This document shows, one piece after another, positions 18,710 to 28,470 of a stretch of DNA of 64,000 bases; position 1 is the stretch's first letter; each line of letters starts with the position of its first letter. Below the pieces are notes generated by a model that did not search any database, had not been told where the DNA came from, and was given only the letters and a program-made list of their open reading frames with translations. Both the position numbers and the translations under genes were made by a program. This stretch comes from Candidatus Latescibacterota bacterium (GTDB lineage Bacteria; Latescibacterota; UBA2968; UBA8231), in contig OZ242005.1 in assembly GCA_965204725.1 (NCBI GenBank), positions 96,001-160,000 of the forward strand. Direction: 5' to 3'.

Positions 18710-18782
18710 CTTGCCGCTTGAATAGCTCGGCAACGACGCCGGGCAGCGGATCGGGTTTTAGTTCAGGAGGGGAGGTCGTCAT
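18710..18782 (-). pseudogene. 5' half of the interrupted coiled-coil/TM paralog
   Basis: MTTSPPELKPDPLPGVVAELFKRQ; 18713-18795 is nearly identical to 14792-14874, including the RBS. Confidence 0.85.
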
Positions 18783-19043
18783 GGTCTGCAACTCCCAATT
18801 TTTAACATAGCTGATAGATTAAAGATATAGACAAAATGCTTAGTACACGATAGTCACCCAAAGGACGTTACGCATATTTTCGCGCTGTGTGCTTGCCGAG
18901 CGGCGGCGAGAGGACGGACAGTTCTTGCATTGCCGTTTTCTTCCTCGTATCCTTCATGCAAAGTCGCCGGCCTTATCGCGCTTGCCCGCTGAGTTCCTCC
19001 CGCTAGTCGGCCTCGTCGCCGCGGAGATCGCACATTCAATCCC

Positions 19044-20072
19044 GTGAACCGTCTCTTCCTCATCGGATGGGCCGCCATCCTATTCGGCAACCAGCCAGCC
19101 AACGCCCAGCCGCACCTCTACACCATCGGCCTAGCCTTTACCGATCTCGTCGATCAAGAGGCCCTGCCCGTCCACCTCGCCGATCAACACCCCCTCTTAA
19201 TGCGGGAAATTGAGCGCACACTCAGCGACATCTTTGCCGACATAGGCCGCTTTCGCGCCGTGCGCTTGCGAAGCATGGGCGAGGCCCGCGATCCTAATCA
19301 AGGGGAAGAATCCGTCGATTACATCGCCCACTTCATGCTCAACAAGGCTTATAAAACATACCACAACAAGGTCATTCACTACGAGAACTTGGGCCTATTC
19401 GACGACGGAAGGCCGAGCGAAGACCGCTCTTATGAAGTGATTTCCCTGCCCGCCATCGTCGCCCAACTCGAAGTCAAGCTGGAGGACCCGCGCCGAGACA
19501 GAATTTTTTGGTCGGACTTGCGCGACTCGTCGGCCGTGATACCTTATGACAAACAACTATACCTTTATAATAGTTGGAAGTATCCGGGCGCGTCACATCC
19601 TAGTTTGACGCGCGCTTTCCTAGCCGACCTTCTCCGTTTGCAAATGGCCAATCCCTCCACAGAACGCGCCCTGAATGTCGCCGAACGCTGGTTTATCTCC
19701 AATCCCAGTAGCGACCTCGCCGTTGCCCGAGGGGTGTTAAAGGGCCTAGCGAGCAATCTAGCGCCCGACCTAGACGCGAATTTGCCGCTAGAGGGCCGCA
19801 TAGCAGCCCTATTACCCGCACGGAAAGGCAAACCCCACGTCCGGCTAAACATCGGCGCTCGGCACGGGTTGCTAAAGCGAATGCGGTTCGACGTGTGGCG
19901 GCCTAGGCCATCGCAGCAGAAAGTCGGGCAAATAGAGGTGGTCGAGATGGATTCCACTACGGCCATTGCTCGGCTGCGAAAACTCGACAAGGAACTCAAA
20001 AAACGCGGCGATAGCCTACAAATCCAAGACCGAGTCATTTCCCCCAAACGCCCTTTGAGGAGATCATTATGA
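19044..20072 (+). CDS. Secreted protein with FlgT C-terminal-like beta domain
   Basis: Signal peptide ...PANA-Q; C-terminal 'VRLNIGARHGL..RMRFDV...VGQIEVVE......A.......IQDRV'. Confidence 0.65.
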   Translation: MNRLFLIGWAAILFGNQPANAQPHLYTIGLAFTDLVDQEALPVHLADQHPLLMREIERTLSDIFADIGRFRAVRLRSMGEARDPNQGEESVDYIAHFMLNKAYKTYHNKVIHYENLGLFDDGRPSEDRSYEVISLPAIVAQLEVKLEDPRRDRIFWSDLRDSSAVIPYDKQLYLYNSWKYPGASHPSLTRAFLADLLRLQMANPSTERALNVAERWFISNPSSDLAVARGVLKGLASNLAPDLDANLPLEGRIAALLPARKGKPHVRLNIGARHGLLKRMRFDVWRPRPSQQKVGQIEVVEMDSTTAIARLRKLDKELKKRGDSLQIQDRVISPKRPLRRSL

Positions 20073-20427
20073 CCGAACTGACCGAACACCCGCATCCGCA
20101 GCTTGAACGCGATCAAGGCCGCGCAGAAGGCATCCTAGAGCAGATGATAGCCCGGCTGGATCGCTTGGAGGACGCCCACCGGCAAGAGATGACCGCTTTG
20201 CGGCAGGCGATGACTGCCTTAGATCTCGCCCACCGGCAAGAGATGACCGCCTTGCGGCAGGAGATGACTGCCTTAAGCCAACACCTCGACCGCCGCCTCG
20301 ACGCTCAATTGCGCTGGATTATTGGTATCATCATAGGCGTAGCCAGCCTACAAGTAGCTGTTGTATCCATCCTGTTGAAGGTATTGACCTAACCGCCCCC
20401 AAACGCCCTTTGAGGAGGTCACTATGA
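20041..20427. repeat. 32-bp direct repeats (20041-20072 and 20396-20427) flanking a single small gene
   Basis: CCCCCAAACGCCCTTTGAGGAG(A/G)TCA(T/C)TATGA, 2 mismatches. Confidence 0.9.
20069..20392 (+). CDS. Small coiled-coil protein with C-terminal TM helix (same family as 14499-14861)
   Basis: Internal 54-bp duplication (AHRQEMTALRQxMTAL) x2; TM segment RWIIGIIIGVASLQVAVVSILLK. Confidence 0.8.
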   Translation: MTELTEHPHPQLERDQGRAEGILEQMIARLDRLEDAHRQEMTALRQAMTALDLAHRQEMTALRQEMTALSQHLDRRLDAQLRWIIGIIIGVASLQVAVVSILLKVLT

Positions 20428-21638
20428 GTAAGAAATGGGTCTCCACGCGCTTCGACTCGCCCGCTCAGGACTTCGACCTCGACAGTCTGGTCCGCCGCCT
20501 GCGCCGGGGCTTTTTTATCGCCCTAGCCTCGGCTGCGGCCCTCCTGCTCGTCGTCGTTGCGATCAACCCCTTTAAGGAGGACGAGAAGAAGGCACCTCGC
20601 CCCCTAACGACCAAGTTTATCAAGCGCGAGCCGCGCCTGACCAAGCCGCTGGAGTTGCGCAAAATCCCCCAGCCCAAGCGTCAGCTCGCCCGCCGCGAAG
20701 TCCAGCTAGCGCAAGCGCGCATGGACCAAGTACAGGCCACGGCCTCGTTCAACACCCGCAGCCTAATCGCCGGAGTCAGCGGCTCGGGGATTCGCCTGTC
20801 TGGGCAATCCGCCTTCAGTCCGACGAGTACCATGACCATTGAGCCTAAGCTGACGGCCGCAGCCGTGACCAGCACCCGCACCTCCGAGCACAAAATCGAC
20901 ATGGGCCTGGAGATGCTCGATGTCAACGACATGGACACGGGTCGCTACCGCGCCATTATAGTCCAAGACGCCACGGACAAGCAGGCCATCAAGGGCTTTG
21001 TCAAGATGGCCCAAGTCATGTCCTCGCGGGCACTGGCTGGCGGCACCTCCGGCTACGGCACGGTTACGCTCCGCGTCAAAACTATCGATAGAATACGCGA
21101 CGTGCTTAACGAGTACACCGGCCTCAAGGCCGAATTCCTCGGCTTTATAACATTTGACGACCCGCGCTTGGCAGAAGTACCCATCATTCTGCCCCAGGGT
21201 AATCCCAACGAAACCGAAATGGCCAACCTAGCCCAGTACCTCATGTCGGGTGGTTTTACCTTCAACGGAATCTATGAAGAAGCCCTAGAAAAGTACGGCG
21301 GCCTAATCCGCGGCAAGGACTTCTGGTCCGAGCGTCTGCCGGAAGATCACCCCGTCTATACCGCCTTCTTTGACCTGAGTGGAGGCATGCCTTTTGGCTA
21401 CTCTCCCTCGCTAGGGCAGGGCAAGTCGGGCGTCAAGACCTGGAACTATCTGCGCGGCCATTATATCAAAGGTAGGCTAGCAAGCGTCACGCCCGGCGAC
21501 ACCGGCGGCTGGGGCTGGGAAAACGACGAGCGCGGCGGCGACTCGACGCGCCAGCTACAACTGGCGGTCAACATCATCATCTACGCCCTGACGCAGGAAG
21601 GGTCCATTACCCAACGCCTCATGCAGATGGTCAACTAG
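20424..21638 (+). CDS. Membrane-anchored DUF4159-like protein
   Basis: N-terminal TM helix; 'E..NL.QYL.SGGF', 'LP.DHPVY..FFD', 'GRL', 'QL.VNII.YALT' motifs. Confidence 0.7.
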   Translation: MSKKWVSTRFDSPAQDFDLDSLVRRLRRGFFIALASAAALLLVVVAINPFKEDEKKAPRPLTTKFIKREPRLTKPLELRKIPQPKRQLARREVQLAQARMDQVQATASFNTRSLIAGVSGSGIRLSGQSAFSPTSTMTIEPKLTAAAVTSTRTSEHKIDMGLEMLDVNDMDTGRYRAIIVQDATDKQAIKGFVKMAQVMSSRALAGGTSGYGTVTLRVKTIDRIRDVLNEYTGLKAEFLGFITFDDPRLAEVPIILPQGNPNETEMANLAQYLMSGGFTFNGIYEEALEKYGGLIRGKDFWSERLPEDHPVYTAFFDLSGGMPFGYSPSLGQGKSGVKTWNYLRGHYIKGRLASVTPGDTGGWGWENDERGGDSTRQLQLAVNIIIYALTQEGSITQRLMQMVN

Positions 21639-21639
21639 C

Positions 21640-21751
21640 CCATCTATGGTTCGCCCTTCACCCCTTTTGTGCCTTTTGTGCCTCTTGTGGCCATCTACGG
21701 TCTCCCCTTCACCCCCTTTGTGCCTTTTGTGCCTCTTGTGGCCATCTACGC
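21640..21751. repeat. Intergenic 51-bp tandem repeat with an internal 9-bp unit (TTTTGTGCC / CTTGTGGCC)
   Basis: CCATCTAYGGT..CCCTTCACCCC.TTTGTGCCTTTTGTGCCTCTTGTGG, about 2.2 copies. Confidence 0.85.
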
Positions 21752-21782
21752 CAACTCAAAGCAGCCCTCAGCCCCTTTGCCC

Positions 21783-22601
21783 ATGTCCAAGCTCGCCCTA
21801 GCAAGCCTGTGCGTCGCCCTAGTAAGCTGCGCCGCACAACAGGCCGAGTACTACATCGACCAACTCGCCGACCCACGGCGTCAAGTCCGCCTCGACGCCA
21901 GCCACGCCTTAGTGCAACTAGGCGGCGCAGCCATCGATCCTCTGATGGACCGCGCGACCGCTGGCAGCGACACCCTGCGCTACATTGCCGCCCAAGTCCT
22001 CGGCCAAATCGGCGACCACCGCTCCACCCCCTTCCTCAAATCGCTCCTCCGCGATGAAAACCACCATGTCCGCGAACAAGCCGTCCGCGCCCTCGGCCAA
22101 CTCGACGATTCCCGTCTCCACCCAACCCTAGCCGGCGTCCTCGCCAGCGACTCAGTTCCAGAGGTGCGCGGCGCGGCTGCGTGGAGCTTGGGCAACCTCC
22201 GCGACACCACGGCCGTGCCCTCTCTGGTGCGCGCCTTGGCCGATACCGTGCCCTCGGTGCGCCGCCAAGCCCTCGCCGCGCTTCAGTTTCTGTGGACATC
22301 CGAGGCCGAAGCAGCGGCCCTCGCTGCACTCGGCGACCGCGACGCCAACGTGCGCTACGTGGCCGCGCAGCTATTGGGGCATCACCAGACGCACCGCGCC
22401 CTCGACGCGCTGTGCCTCGCCTTGACCGACGACAACATCTGGGTCCGCGTGGAGAGCGCCCGTACCCTCGGCCGCATCGGCGACACCACGGCCGTGGCCC
22501 CGCTAGAGCGCGTATTCGCCGAGCGCGAAGGCCCCGACCACGAGGCAGCAAAAGAGGCACTGCAACTACTCACGGGCCTGAACTACGCGGTCGCCCCTTA
22601 G
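21783..22601 (+). CDS. HEAT/PBS-lyase repeat lipoprotein
   Basis: Lipobox LVSC; repeated 'VR..AA.ALG.LGD..A...L...L.D'. Confidence 0.88.
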   Translation: MSKLALASLCVALVSCAAQQAEYYIDQLADPRRQVRLDASHALVQLGGAAIDPLMDRATAGSDTLRYIAAQVLGQIGDHRSTPFLKSLLRDENHHVREQAVRALGQLDDSRLHPTLAGVLASDSVPEVRGAAAWSLGNLRDTTAVPSLVRALADTVPSVRRQALAALQFLWTSEAEAAALAALGDRDANVRYVAAQLLGHHQTHRALDALCLALTDDNIWVRVESARTLGRIGDTTAVAPLERVFAEREGPDHEAAKEALQLLTGLNYAVAP

Positions 22602-22603
22602 CC

Positions 22604-24280
22604 TTGCGCCTCTCGCCCCTGTTTTGCGCCGCGCTGCTATGCGTCCCCCCCCTACACGCCCAGCCCCAATTTAGCGACCAAACCGAGGCCGCTGGCATCA
22701 CTTACCGCAATGTATTCGGCGGGCCAGAGAAACTGTACATCCTCGAGTCCCACGGCAGCGGCGCGGCCTTCTTCGACCACGACTCCGACGGCGACCTCGA
22801 CCTCTACATAGTCAACGGAGCCACCTTTGCCACGTACCGCGACCGCTCAGGGCCGGGCAACGCGCTCTACCGCAACCGCGGCGACGGCACGTTTGGGGAA
22901 ATCACCCGCGAAGCCGGAGTTGGCGACGCCGGTTGGGGCGGGGGCGTGGCCGTAGGCGACATCGACAACGACGGCCGCCCAGACCTCTATGTGACCAACT
23001 ATGGGGCCAACGTGCTCTACCGCAATCGCGGCGACCGCTTTGCCGATGCGACCCGAGCAGCCGGCGTTGCTGGCGATCAATACAGCGCCAGCGCGGCCTT
23101 CTTCGACTACGACCGCGACGGCGATATAGACCTCTATGTCGCCAACTACGTCGTCTTCGATGCCGAGCGCCGGCCGGCCACGCCTGAGCTATGCACCTTT
23201 TTCGGCGGTCTGAGCGTCTATTGCGGTCCCAAAGGCTTAGTCGGCGCACCGGATGTGCTCTACCGCAACGAGGGCGACGGCGCGTTTACCGACGTCACCC
23301 AAGCGTCCGGCGTGGCAGCCGCCAATCGCTACTACGGCTTGGGCGTGGTTCCGGCCGATTACGATTCCGATGGCGACAGCGACCTCTTTGTCGCCAACGA
23401 CGAGACCCCTAACGTGCTCTTCCAAAACCAAGGCGACGGCACCTTCCAAGACATTGCCCTCATCGCGGGTGTGGCGTACAACGGCGATGGCGACGTCGAA
23501 GCGGGTATGGGCGCGGACTTTGGCGACTACGATCAGGACGGCGACCCCGATCTGTACGTAACCCACTTTTTTACCGAGACCAACACGCTCTACCGCAACG
23601 AGGGCGGCGTGCGTTTCTCCGACGTCACGAGCACGGCCGGCCTCGCCGCGCCCACAGTCGAGTTGTTGGGCTGGGGAACGCGCTTTTTCGACTACGACAA
23701 CGACGGTCGCCTCGATATCTTCGTCGCCAACGGCCACGTATATCCGCAGGTTGACCGGGCCACAACCGGCGCCACGTACCGCCAGCCCAACCAACTCTTC
23801 CGCAACGACGGCGGCACTCGCTTCGTCCCCGTACCAGCCGGCCCCGGGCTAGCCCAAGCCAAAGTCAGCCGCGGCACTAGCGTTGGCGACTACGACGACG
23901 ACGGCGATATAGACCTCTTCGTCGTCGAGCTCAACGACGCGCCGACGCTGTTGCGCAACGATGGGGGGAATGCGGGAAATTACCTCGTGGTGCAGGTCTT
24001 GGGCCGCGCGGACAACCGCGATGGGCTCGGCACTCGCATCGGCCTGCAAGCGGCCGGCCAGCACCAGTGGCGCACGGTCAACGGCGCGGGCAGCTATCTG
24101 TCGCACAGCGACTTGCGCGCCCACTTTGGCTTGGGCGCAACGCGAGCCATTGACCGCGTGGAAATCGCCTTTCCCAACGGCAGCACCTATGCGGTCGAGA
24201 ACGTGCCCGCGAACAAGCTCTTAGTCGTCCGCCAAGGGCAGGGGCACGCCGTCCTCGAACTAGGCGCGAATCCTTTTTGA
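22604..24280 (+). CDS. CRTAC1-family FG-GAP repeat protein with ASPIC/UnbV C-terminus
   Basis: Probable TTG start with signal peptide; many DYDxDGDxDLYVxN and LYRNxGDGTF repeats; 'GSYLSHSD...HFGLG' ASPIC motif. Confidence 0.88.
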   Translation: MRLSPLFCAALLCVPPLHAQPQFSDQTEAAGITYRNVFGGPEKLYILESHGSGAAFFDHDSDGDLDLYIVNGATFATYRDRSGPGNALYRNRGDGTFGEITREAGVGDAGWGGGVAVGDIDNDGRPDLYVTNYGANVLYRNRGDRFADATRAAGVAGDQYSASAAFFDYDRDGDIDLYVANYVVFDAERRPATPELCTFFGGLSVYCGPKGLVGAPDVLYRNEGDGAFTDVTQASGVAAANRYYGLGVVPADYDSDGDSDLFVANDETPNVLFQNQGDGTFQDIALIAGVAYNGDGDVEAGMGADFGDYDQDGDPDLYVTHFFTETNTLYRNEGGVRFSDVTSTAGLAAPTVELLGWGTRFFDYDNDGRLDIFVANGHVYPQVDRATTGATYRQPNQLFRNDGGTRFVPVPAGPGLAQAKVSRGTSVGDYDDDGDIDLFVVELNDAPTLLRNDGGNAGNYLVVQVLGRADNRDGLGTRIGLQAAGQHQWRTVNGAGSYLSHSDLRAHFGLGATRAIDRVEIAFPNGSTYAVENVPANKLLVVRQGQGHAVLELGANPF

Positions 24281-24320
24281 CCCCCTCCCCCGGCCCCTCC
24301 CCCGAGGCGGGGGAGGGGAG
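24281..24320. repeat. GC-rich REP-like hairpin between convergent genes
   Basis: CCCCTCCCCC-GAGGC-GGGGGAGGGG. Confidence 0.6.
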
Positions 24321-24369
24321 TCATGCGGGCCTCTTGCTTGTAGGAAGGGGGGAGGGGTTGGGTTGGTTA

Positions 24370-25596
24370 CTAGTCTGCGCGGTGTGCGGATCGGACCCGC
24401 TCGATTTCGGCGAGTCGATCCTGTGCGGCGGAGAATTTGGGGTGGAGTTTGAGGAGTTGCTTAAAGGCCGCGGCTGCCTTGTTGACGTAACCGAACTCTA
24501 GGTGGAGTAGCCCCACGTTGTAAGCGGCCTCTGGGGAGCGCGGCGACCGGCTCGCGGCCCGTTTGAGGCTGGCGAGTCGGCCCTCGTATTCCTTGAGCTT
24601 GGTGAAGACCTGCATGAGTTCGCGGCCCTCGTCGCTGCGGCCCTGCTTGAAGTAGAGCTGGGCCAAGCTGTAGTGGGCACCCGCGTGGCCGGGGTCGCGC
24701 TTTATGGCCTCCAAGTAGTAAGTGGCGGCCTGTTCCTCGTGCCCCAGCTTGGCCGTCACCGCGCCTAAGCGGTGATAGGAACCGGCGTGGGCCGCGTCCT
24801 TGAGCAGGGCTTGGTGAAAGTAGCTCCGCGCCGCTTCGAGCTTGCCTTCCTGCTCGCTGATAACGCCGAGGTCGTAAAACGCGCCGGCCCGCTCAACGCC
24901 GAGTTCTACCGCTCGCCGATAGGCCGCCCGCGCCTCCTCGTATTGGCTCAAGGCCATGTAACTCTCGCCCAAGCGGACATGCACGAGTCCTTCGTCCGGG
25001 TGGTCGGCGAGGGCGCGCTGGTACTCGGCAATGGCTTGGCCCGGGCGGTGCTGCTGGTGATAGACCCAGCCCAAATTAGCCCGGGCTTGCAGAAAGTTCG
25101 GCACCAAGCGCACGGCTTCCTCGTACTGAGCAGCGGCCTCTGCGTACAGGCCCTGTTGCTGGTAGAGATAGCCGAGGTTGTAGTAGATCGCCCCAAACTC
25201 GGGCCGGAGCGCGAGCGCCTGCTTATAGCTGTCTTCGGCGGCTAAAAAACGGCCCAATCCATCGAGCGAAACCGCGAGACCAATCCGCGCCTCAAAGTGC
25301 GCTGGGGCCAGCGCCAGTGCCTGTTCAAAGTGGGGGATCGCAACGTCAAAGCGTTCTAGCGCCGCCTGCGTCACGCCTAGATTGCTATGCGCTTGGGCGA
25401 GGTCGGGCGACAACTCAACGGCCTGCTGGTAATAGCGGGCCGCTTCCTCCATCTGGCCTTGGGCGCGCAAGCGGTCGCCTTGCTCAACGGCTTGTTGCGC
25501 GGCGTTTGCCCGGTACTGCGAGTACCAGTACGAGCCGCCCACGCCGAGGGCTATCGCCAGCGCGGCGGCTCCTATGTAAAAGAGGCGACGCGGCAC
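24370..25596 (-). CDS. Membrane-anchored TPR protein
   Basis: N-terminal TM helix; canonical TPR repeats (AHSNLGV, IYYNLGYLY, AFYDLGV). Confidence 0.9.
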   Translation of the reverse strand: MPRRLFYIGAAALAIALGVGGSYWYSQYRANAAQQAVEQGDRLRAQGQMEEAARYYQQAVELSPDLAQAHSNLGVTQAALERFDVAIPHFEQALALAPAHFEARIGLAVSLDGLGRFLAAEDSYKQALALRPEFGAIYYNLGYLYQQQGLYAEAAAQYEEAVRLVPNFLQARANLGWVYHQQHRPGQAIAEYQRALADHPDEGLVHVRLGESYMALSQYEEARAAYRRAVELGVERAGAFYDLGVISEQEGKLEAARSYFHQALLKDAAHAGSYHRLGAVTAKLGHEEQAATYYLEAIKRDPGHAGAHYSLAQLYFKQGRSDEGRELMQVFTKLKEYEGRLASLKRAASRSPRSPEAAYNVGLLHLEFGYVNKAAAAFKQLLKLHPKFSAAQDRLAEIERVRSAHRAD

Positions 25597-25624
25597 GTGC
25601 TCGCGGTGGGGGGGGTTGTATGCA

Positions 25625-26077
25625 CTACTGCCGGACGACCTCTATCGCGGTCATGATCTGGTCTTGGCCCCAAGTTCCTCCGAGGCGGAGCGAACTCGTC
25701 GCGATGGAGCCGGTGATCGCGTCGCCTTCTTTGGTGAGGGCATAGACCGTCTTGGCATTGAGGTAGCGCGGCTCTATGGTGATTTGCTCGGGATCGTCGG
25801 GCTGGAGAATGTCGATTGCCTGAATGAAGTCGTTGCGGCCCGCGCCATAAGTCAACTTGGCAGACACAGTAACTTGCTTGGGGGAAACCCGCACAATGTT
25901 TATGGAAACCGGGCGATCTTGCCCGCTGACGCCATTGGACAGGGCGAAATCCCCGCTGCCTTCGTATTCGCCGACCCACGCATCGGCGTAATCGGGCGTC
26001 GATTGAACGGCTTCCTCCGAGCCGCAGCTCAAAATCGTCAACAGGCCCGCCAGGGCCAACCACGTCCATTGTTTCAT
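25625..26077 (-). CDS. Hypothetical lipoprotein
   Basis: ATG 26077 after GGAGG; lipobox ILSC. Confidence 0.75.
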   Translation of the reverse strand: MKQWTWLALAGLLTILSCGSEEAVQSTPDYADAWVGEYEGSGDFALSNGVSGQDRPVSINIVRVSPKQVTVSAKLTYGAGRNDFIQAIDILQPDDPEQITIEPRYLNAKTVYALTKEGDAITGSIATSSLRLGGTWGQDQIMTAIEVVRQ

Positions 26078-26201
26078 CGGGTGTACCTCCGCAGAGTTTT
26101 TATTCGGCAAAAGTATAGCGCACAACCCGCGGCGAATCAACCGCCTCGGGCCGCGGCCACTCGCCAACGCCCCCCTCAATTCGTACACTATGCGCTGCAA
26201 A

Positions 26202-28469
26202 ATGTATCCACTGCCAAAGACGCCCACGCGCCTCAGTATCGCGCTCGCCGCTTGGTTGGGCTGCGCCTCCGAGCCGCCCCTTCCCGCCCAGAGCGCCCAG
26301 CGCTACGAACAGGCTCGCCAACACTTAGCGGCCGGCCGGTTGGACTCGGCGGCCCACGTCCTCGAAGCCCTCGTCCGGCGCGATACCCTGCACTACGAGG
26401 CCGCGCTCGCGCTCGGGGAAATCTACCTGCGGCAACGGCACTACCAACGCGCCTTGCCGCCGCTCGCCCGCGCCCAAAAGCTCGCGCCCGAGCGCATTGA
26501 GGCCCGGTTGCAGTTGGCCCAAACCCTCAGCAAACTCGGGCGTCAACCCGAGGCCCGCGCCCTTTTTGACGCCCTCGTCGCGGCCTTCCCGGGCAACGCG
26601 GTCGCCTGCATGGCTTACGCCGACCTCCTGATGACGCAAGACCAACCCGACGCGGCCGGGGCCCTCGCCCAGTACGAAGCCATCCTCGCCGTCGATCCCA
26701 CGCACTACCGCGCCCGTGCGGGCAAGGCCGCCTCCCTGTTGCGCTTGGGCGATTTTGCCGGCGCGGCCGACCGCCTCAGCCGCTTGCTCGCCGAGCGGCC
26801 GACCGACGTGTATCTATCCTTCCTGTTGGGCGCGGCCCACCACCACTTGCGCCAATATCCCGAGGCCGTGGCCGCGTACAAGCGAGCCATCGACGTCCTG
26901 CCGCCGGCCTCGCCGCAGCGCACCGTGCGCCAGTGGAATCTGCGGCTGGCCTATATCGAGGGATACGGCGCGTACCCGGGCGACCTCGAACCGGCCTATC
27001 AGCTTGGATTGGCGCCGCTGGCCGAGGCGTCGCCCGTGCGCTTTACCGATGTGGCCGCAGCGACCGGCGTCGGCAAGCGCGACCGGGGGCGCGGCGTGGC
27101 GTGGCTCGACTACGACACCGACGGCGACCCGGACCTCTTTGCCGCGGGCATCCAAGCTCCGCATGCACTCTACCGCAACGACGGCGATGGAACCTTTGCC
27201 GACGTATCGGCCGCAGCCAACCTCCTAGATCCGCGCGGCGGCTGGGCGGCCATTGCCGCAGACTACGATGGCGACGGCCACCCAGACCTCTTTGCCACCC
27301 GCGAGGCTTGGGAGGGCCGCGCGCCCAACTCGCTCTACCGCAATCGGGGCGACGGCACCTTTGCCGAGGTCGCGCCCCAAGCCGGAGTCGCTGGCACGGA
27401 CGACAGCTTCATGGCCGTCTGGACCGACTACGACAACGACGGCCTGCCCGATCTGTACGTGGCCTCGGGCATCACCGGCAGCGGGCGGCCCAATCGCCTG
27501 TACCACAACCAAGGGGACGGCACCTTTGCCGATCGCGGCGTCCGAGCCGGCGTGGCCTATCGCGGCAAAACCCTCGGCGTGACGTGTGGCGACTACGACA
27601 GCGACGGCGACAGCGACCTCTACGCCATTGACGTGGCCGCCCCCAACCACCTCTACCGCAACGATGGGGCCACCTTCCGCGACGTCACCGCCGAGGCCGG
27701 CGTGGCCAAACCGGGCGAGGGCAGCTACGTGGGGTTTTTTATTGACAGCGATGGCGACGGCGACCGCGACCTCTTTGTCTCGGCCATGAACTTCTACGAA
27801 GACATCGTGCAGTCGCAGGTCACCGGGCTGGCCTTGCGCCCGACCCGCGCCTATTTGTACCGCAACGACGGGGCCACCTTCCGCGACATCGCCCGTCCGC
27901 AGGGGCTGGCCCGCTCCTTTGGTTCGATGGGCGCGGGCTACGGCGACGTGGATTACGACGGTCTGATCGACCTCTACCTGACCAACGGCGGCCCCTTAAT
28001 GACGCGCTTTGAGCCTAACGCGCTGTTCCACAACCGCGGCGACCGCTTTGCCGACATCACGGCCGCGGCCGGCGTCGGCAATCCGGGCAAGGGGCACGGC
28101 GTGGGGTTTGCCGACTACGACCTCGACGGCGATCTCGACCTCTACACAGCGGTCGGCGGGCACTACCCTGGCGACCTGTGGGCCAACAGCCTGTACCGCA
28201 ACGAGGGGCACCGCAACCACTTCCTCGGCGTGGATTTGGGGCCGCGAGCCATTGGCGCGCAGTTGCGTTGGCGCGCCCAAGATCTGCTCGGGGTCGCAGA
28301 AGTCAGCAGCGGCCCGGGATTCGGGTCGTCCAATAGCTTGGCTCCGGCCCTCGGCTTGGGGGCGCGCACCCGGGTTGACACCCTCGAAATCCGCTGGCCC
28401 ACCGGCGAGCAGCAAGTGCATGCCGACTTGGAAATCGACCGCTTCCACCGCTTTGTCGAGCAGCCCTGA
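26202..28469 (+). CDS. TPR + FG-GAP/ASPIC (CRTAC1-like) lipoprotein
   Basis: Lipobox WLGC; N-terminal TPRs; FG-GAP repeats; 'GFGSSNS....GLG...VD.LEIRWP.G'. Confidence 0.88.
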   Translation: MYPLPKTPTRLSIALAAWLGCASEPPLPAQSAQRYEQARQHLAAGRLDSAAHVLEALVRRDTLHYEAALALGEIYLRQRHYQRALPPLARAQKLAPERIEARLQLAQTLSKLGRQPEARALFDALVAAFPGNAVACMAYADLLMTQDQPDAAGALAQYEAILAVDPTHYRARAGKAASLLRLGDFAGAADRLSRLLAERPTDVYLSFLLGAAHHHLRQYPEAVAAYKRAIDVLPPASPQRTVRQWNLRLAYIEGYGAYPGDLEPAYQLGLAPLAEASPVRFTDVAAATGVGKRDRGRGVAWLDYDTDGDPDLFAAGIQAPHALYRNDGDGTFADVSAAANLLDPRGGWAAIAADYDGDGHPDLFATREAWEGRAPNSLYRNRGDGTFAEVAPQAGVAGTDDSFMAVWTDYDNDGLPDLYVASGITGSGRPNRLYHNQGDGTFADRGVRAGVAYRGKTLGVTCGDYDSDGDSDLYAIDVAAPNHLYRNDGATFRDVTAEAGVAKPGEGSYVGFFIDSDGDGDRDLFVSAMNFYEDIVQSQVTGLALRPTRAYLYRNDGATFRDIARPQGLARSFGSMGAGYGDVDYDGLIDLYLTNGGPLMTRFEPNALFHNRGDRFADITAAAGVGNPGKGHGVGFADYDLDGDLDLYTAVGGHYPGDLWANSLYRNEGHRNHFLGVDLGPRAIGAQLRWRAQDLLGVAEVSSGPGFGSSNSLAPALGLGARTRVDTLEIRWPTGEQQVHADLEIDRFHRFVEQP

Positions 28470-28470
28470 G

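Noticed and set aside
22181-22603. N-terminal extension of the ASPIC protein (likewise ORF extensions at 28009, 31176, 45824, 6457 and 13343)
   Set aside because: These overlap upstream genes or promoters and are low-complexity; better starts with an RBS or signal peptide lie downstream.
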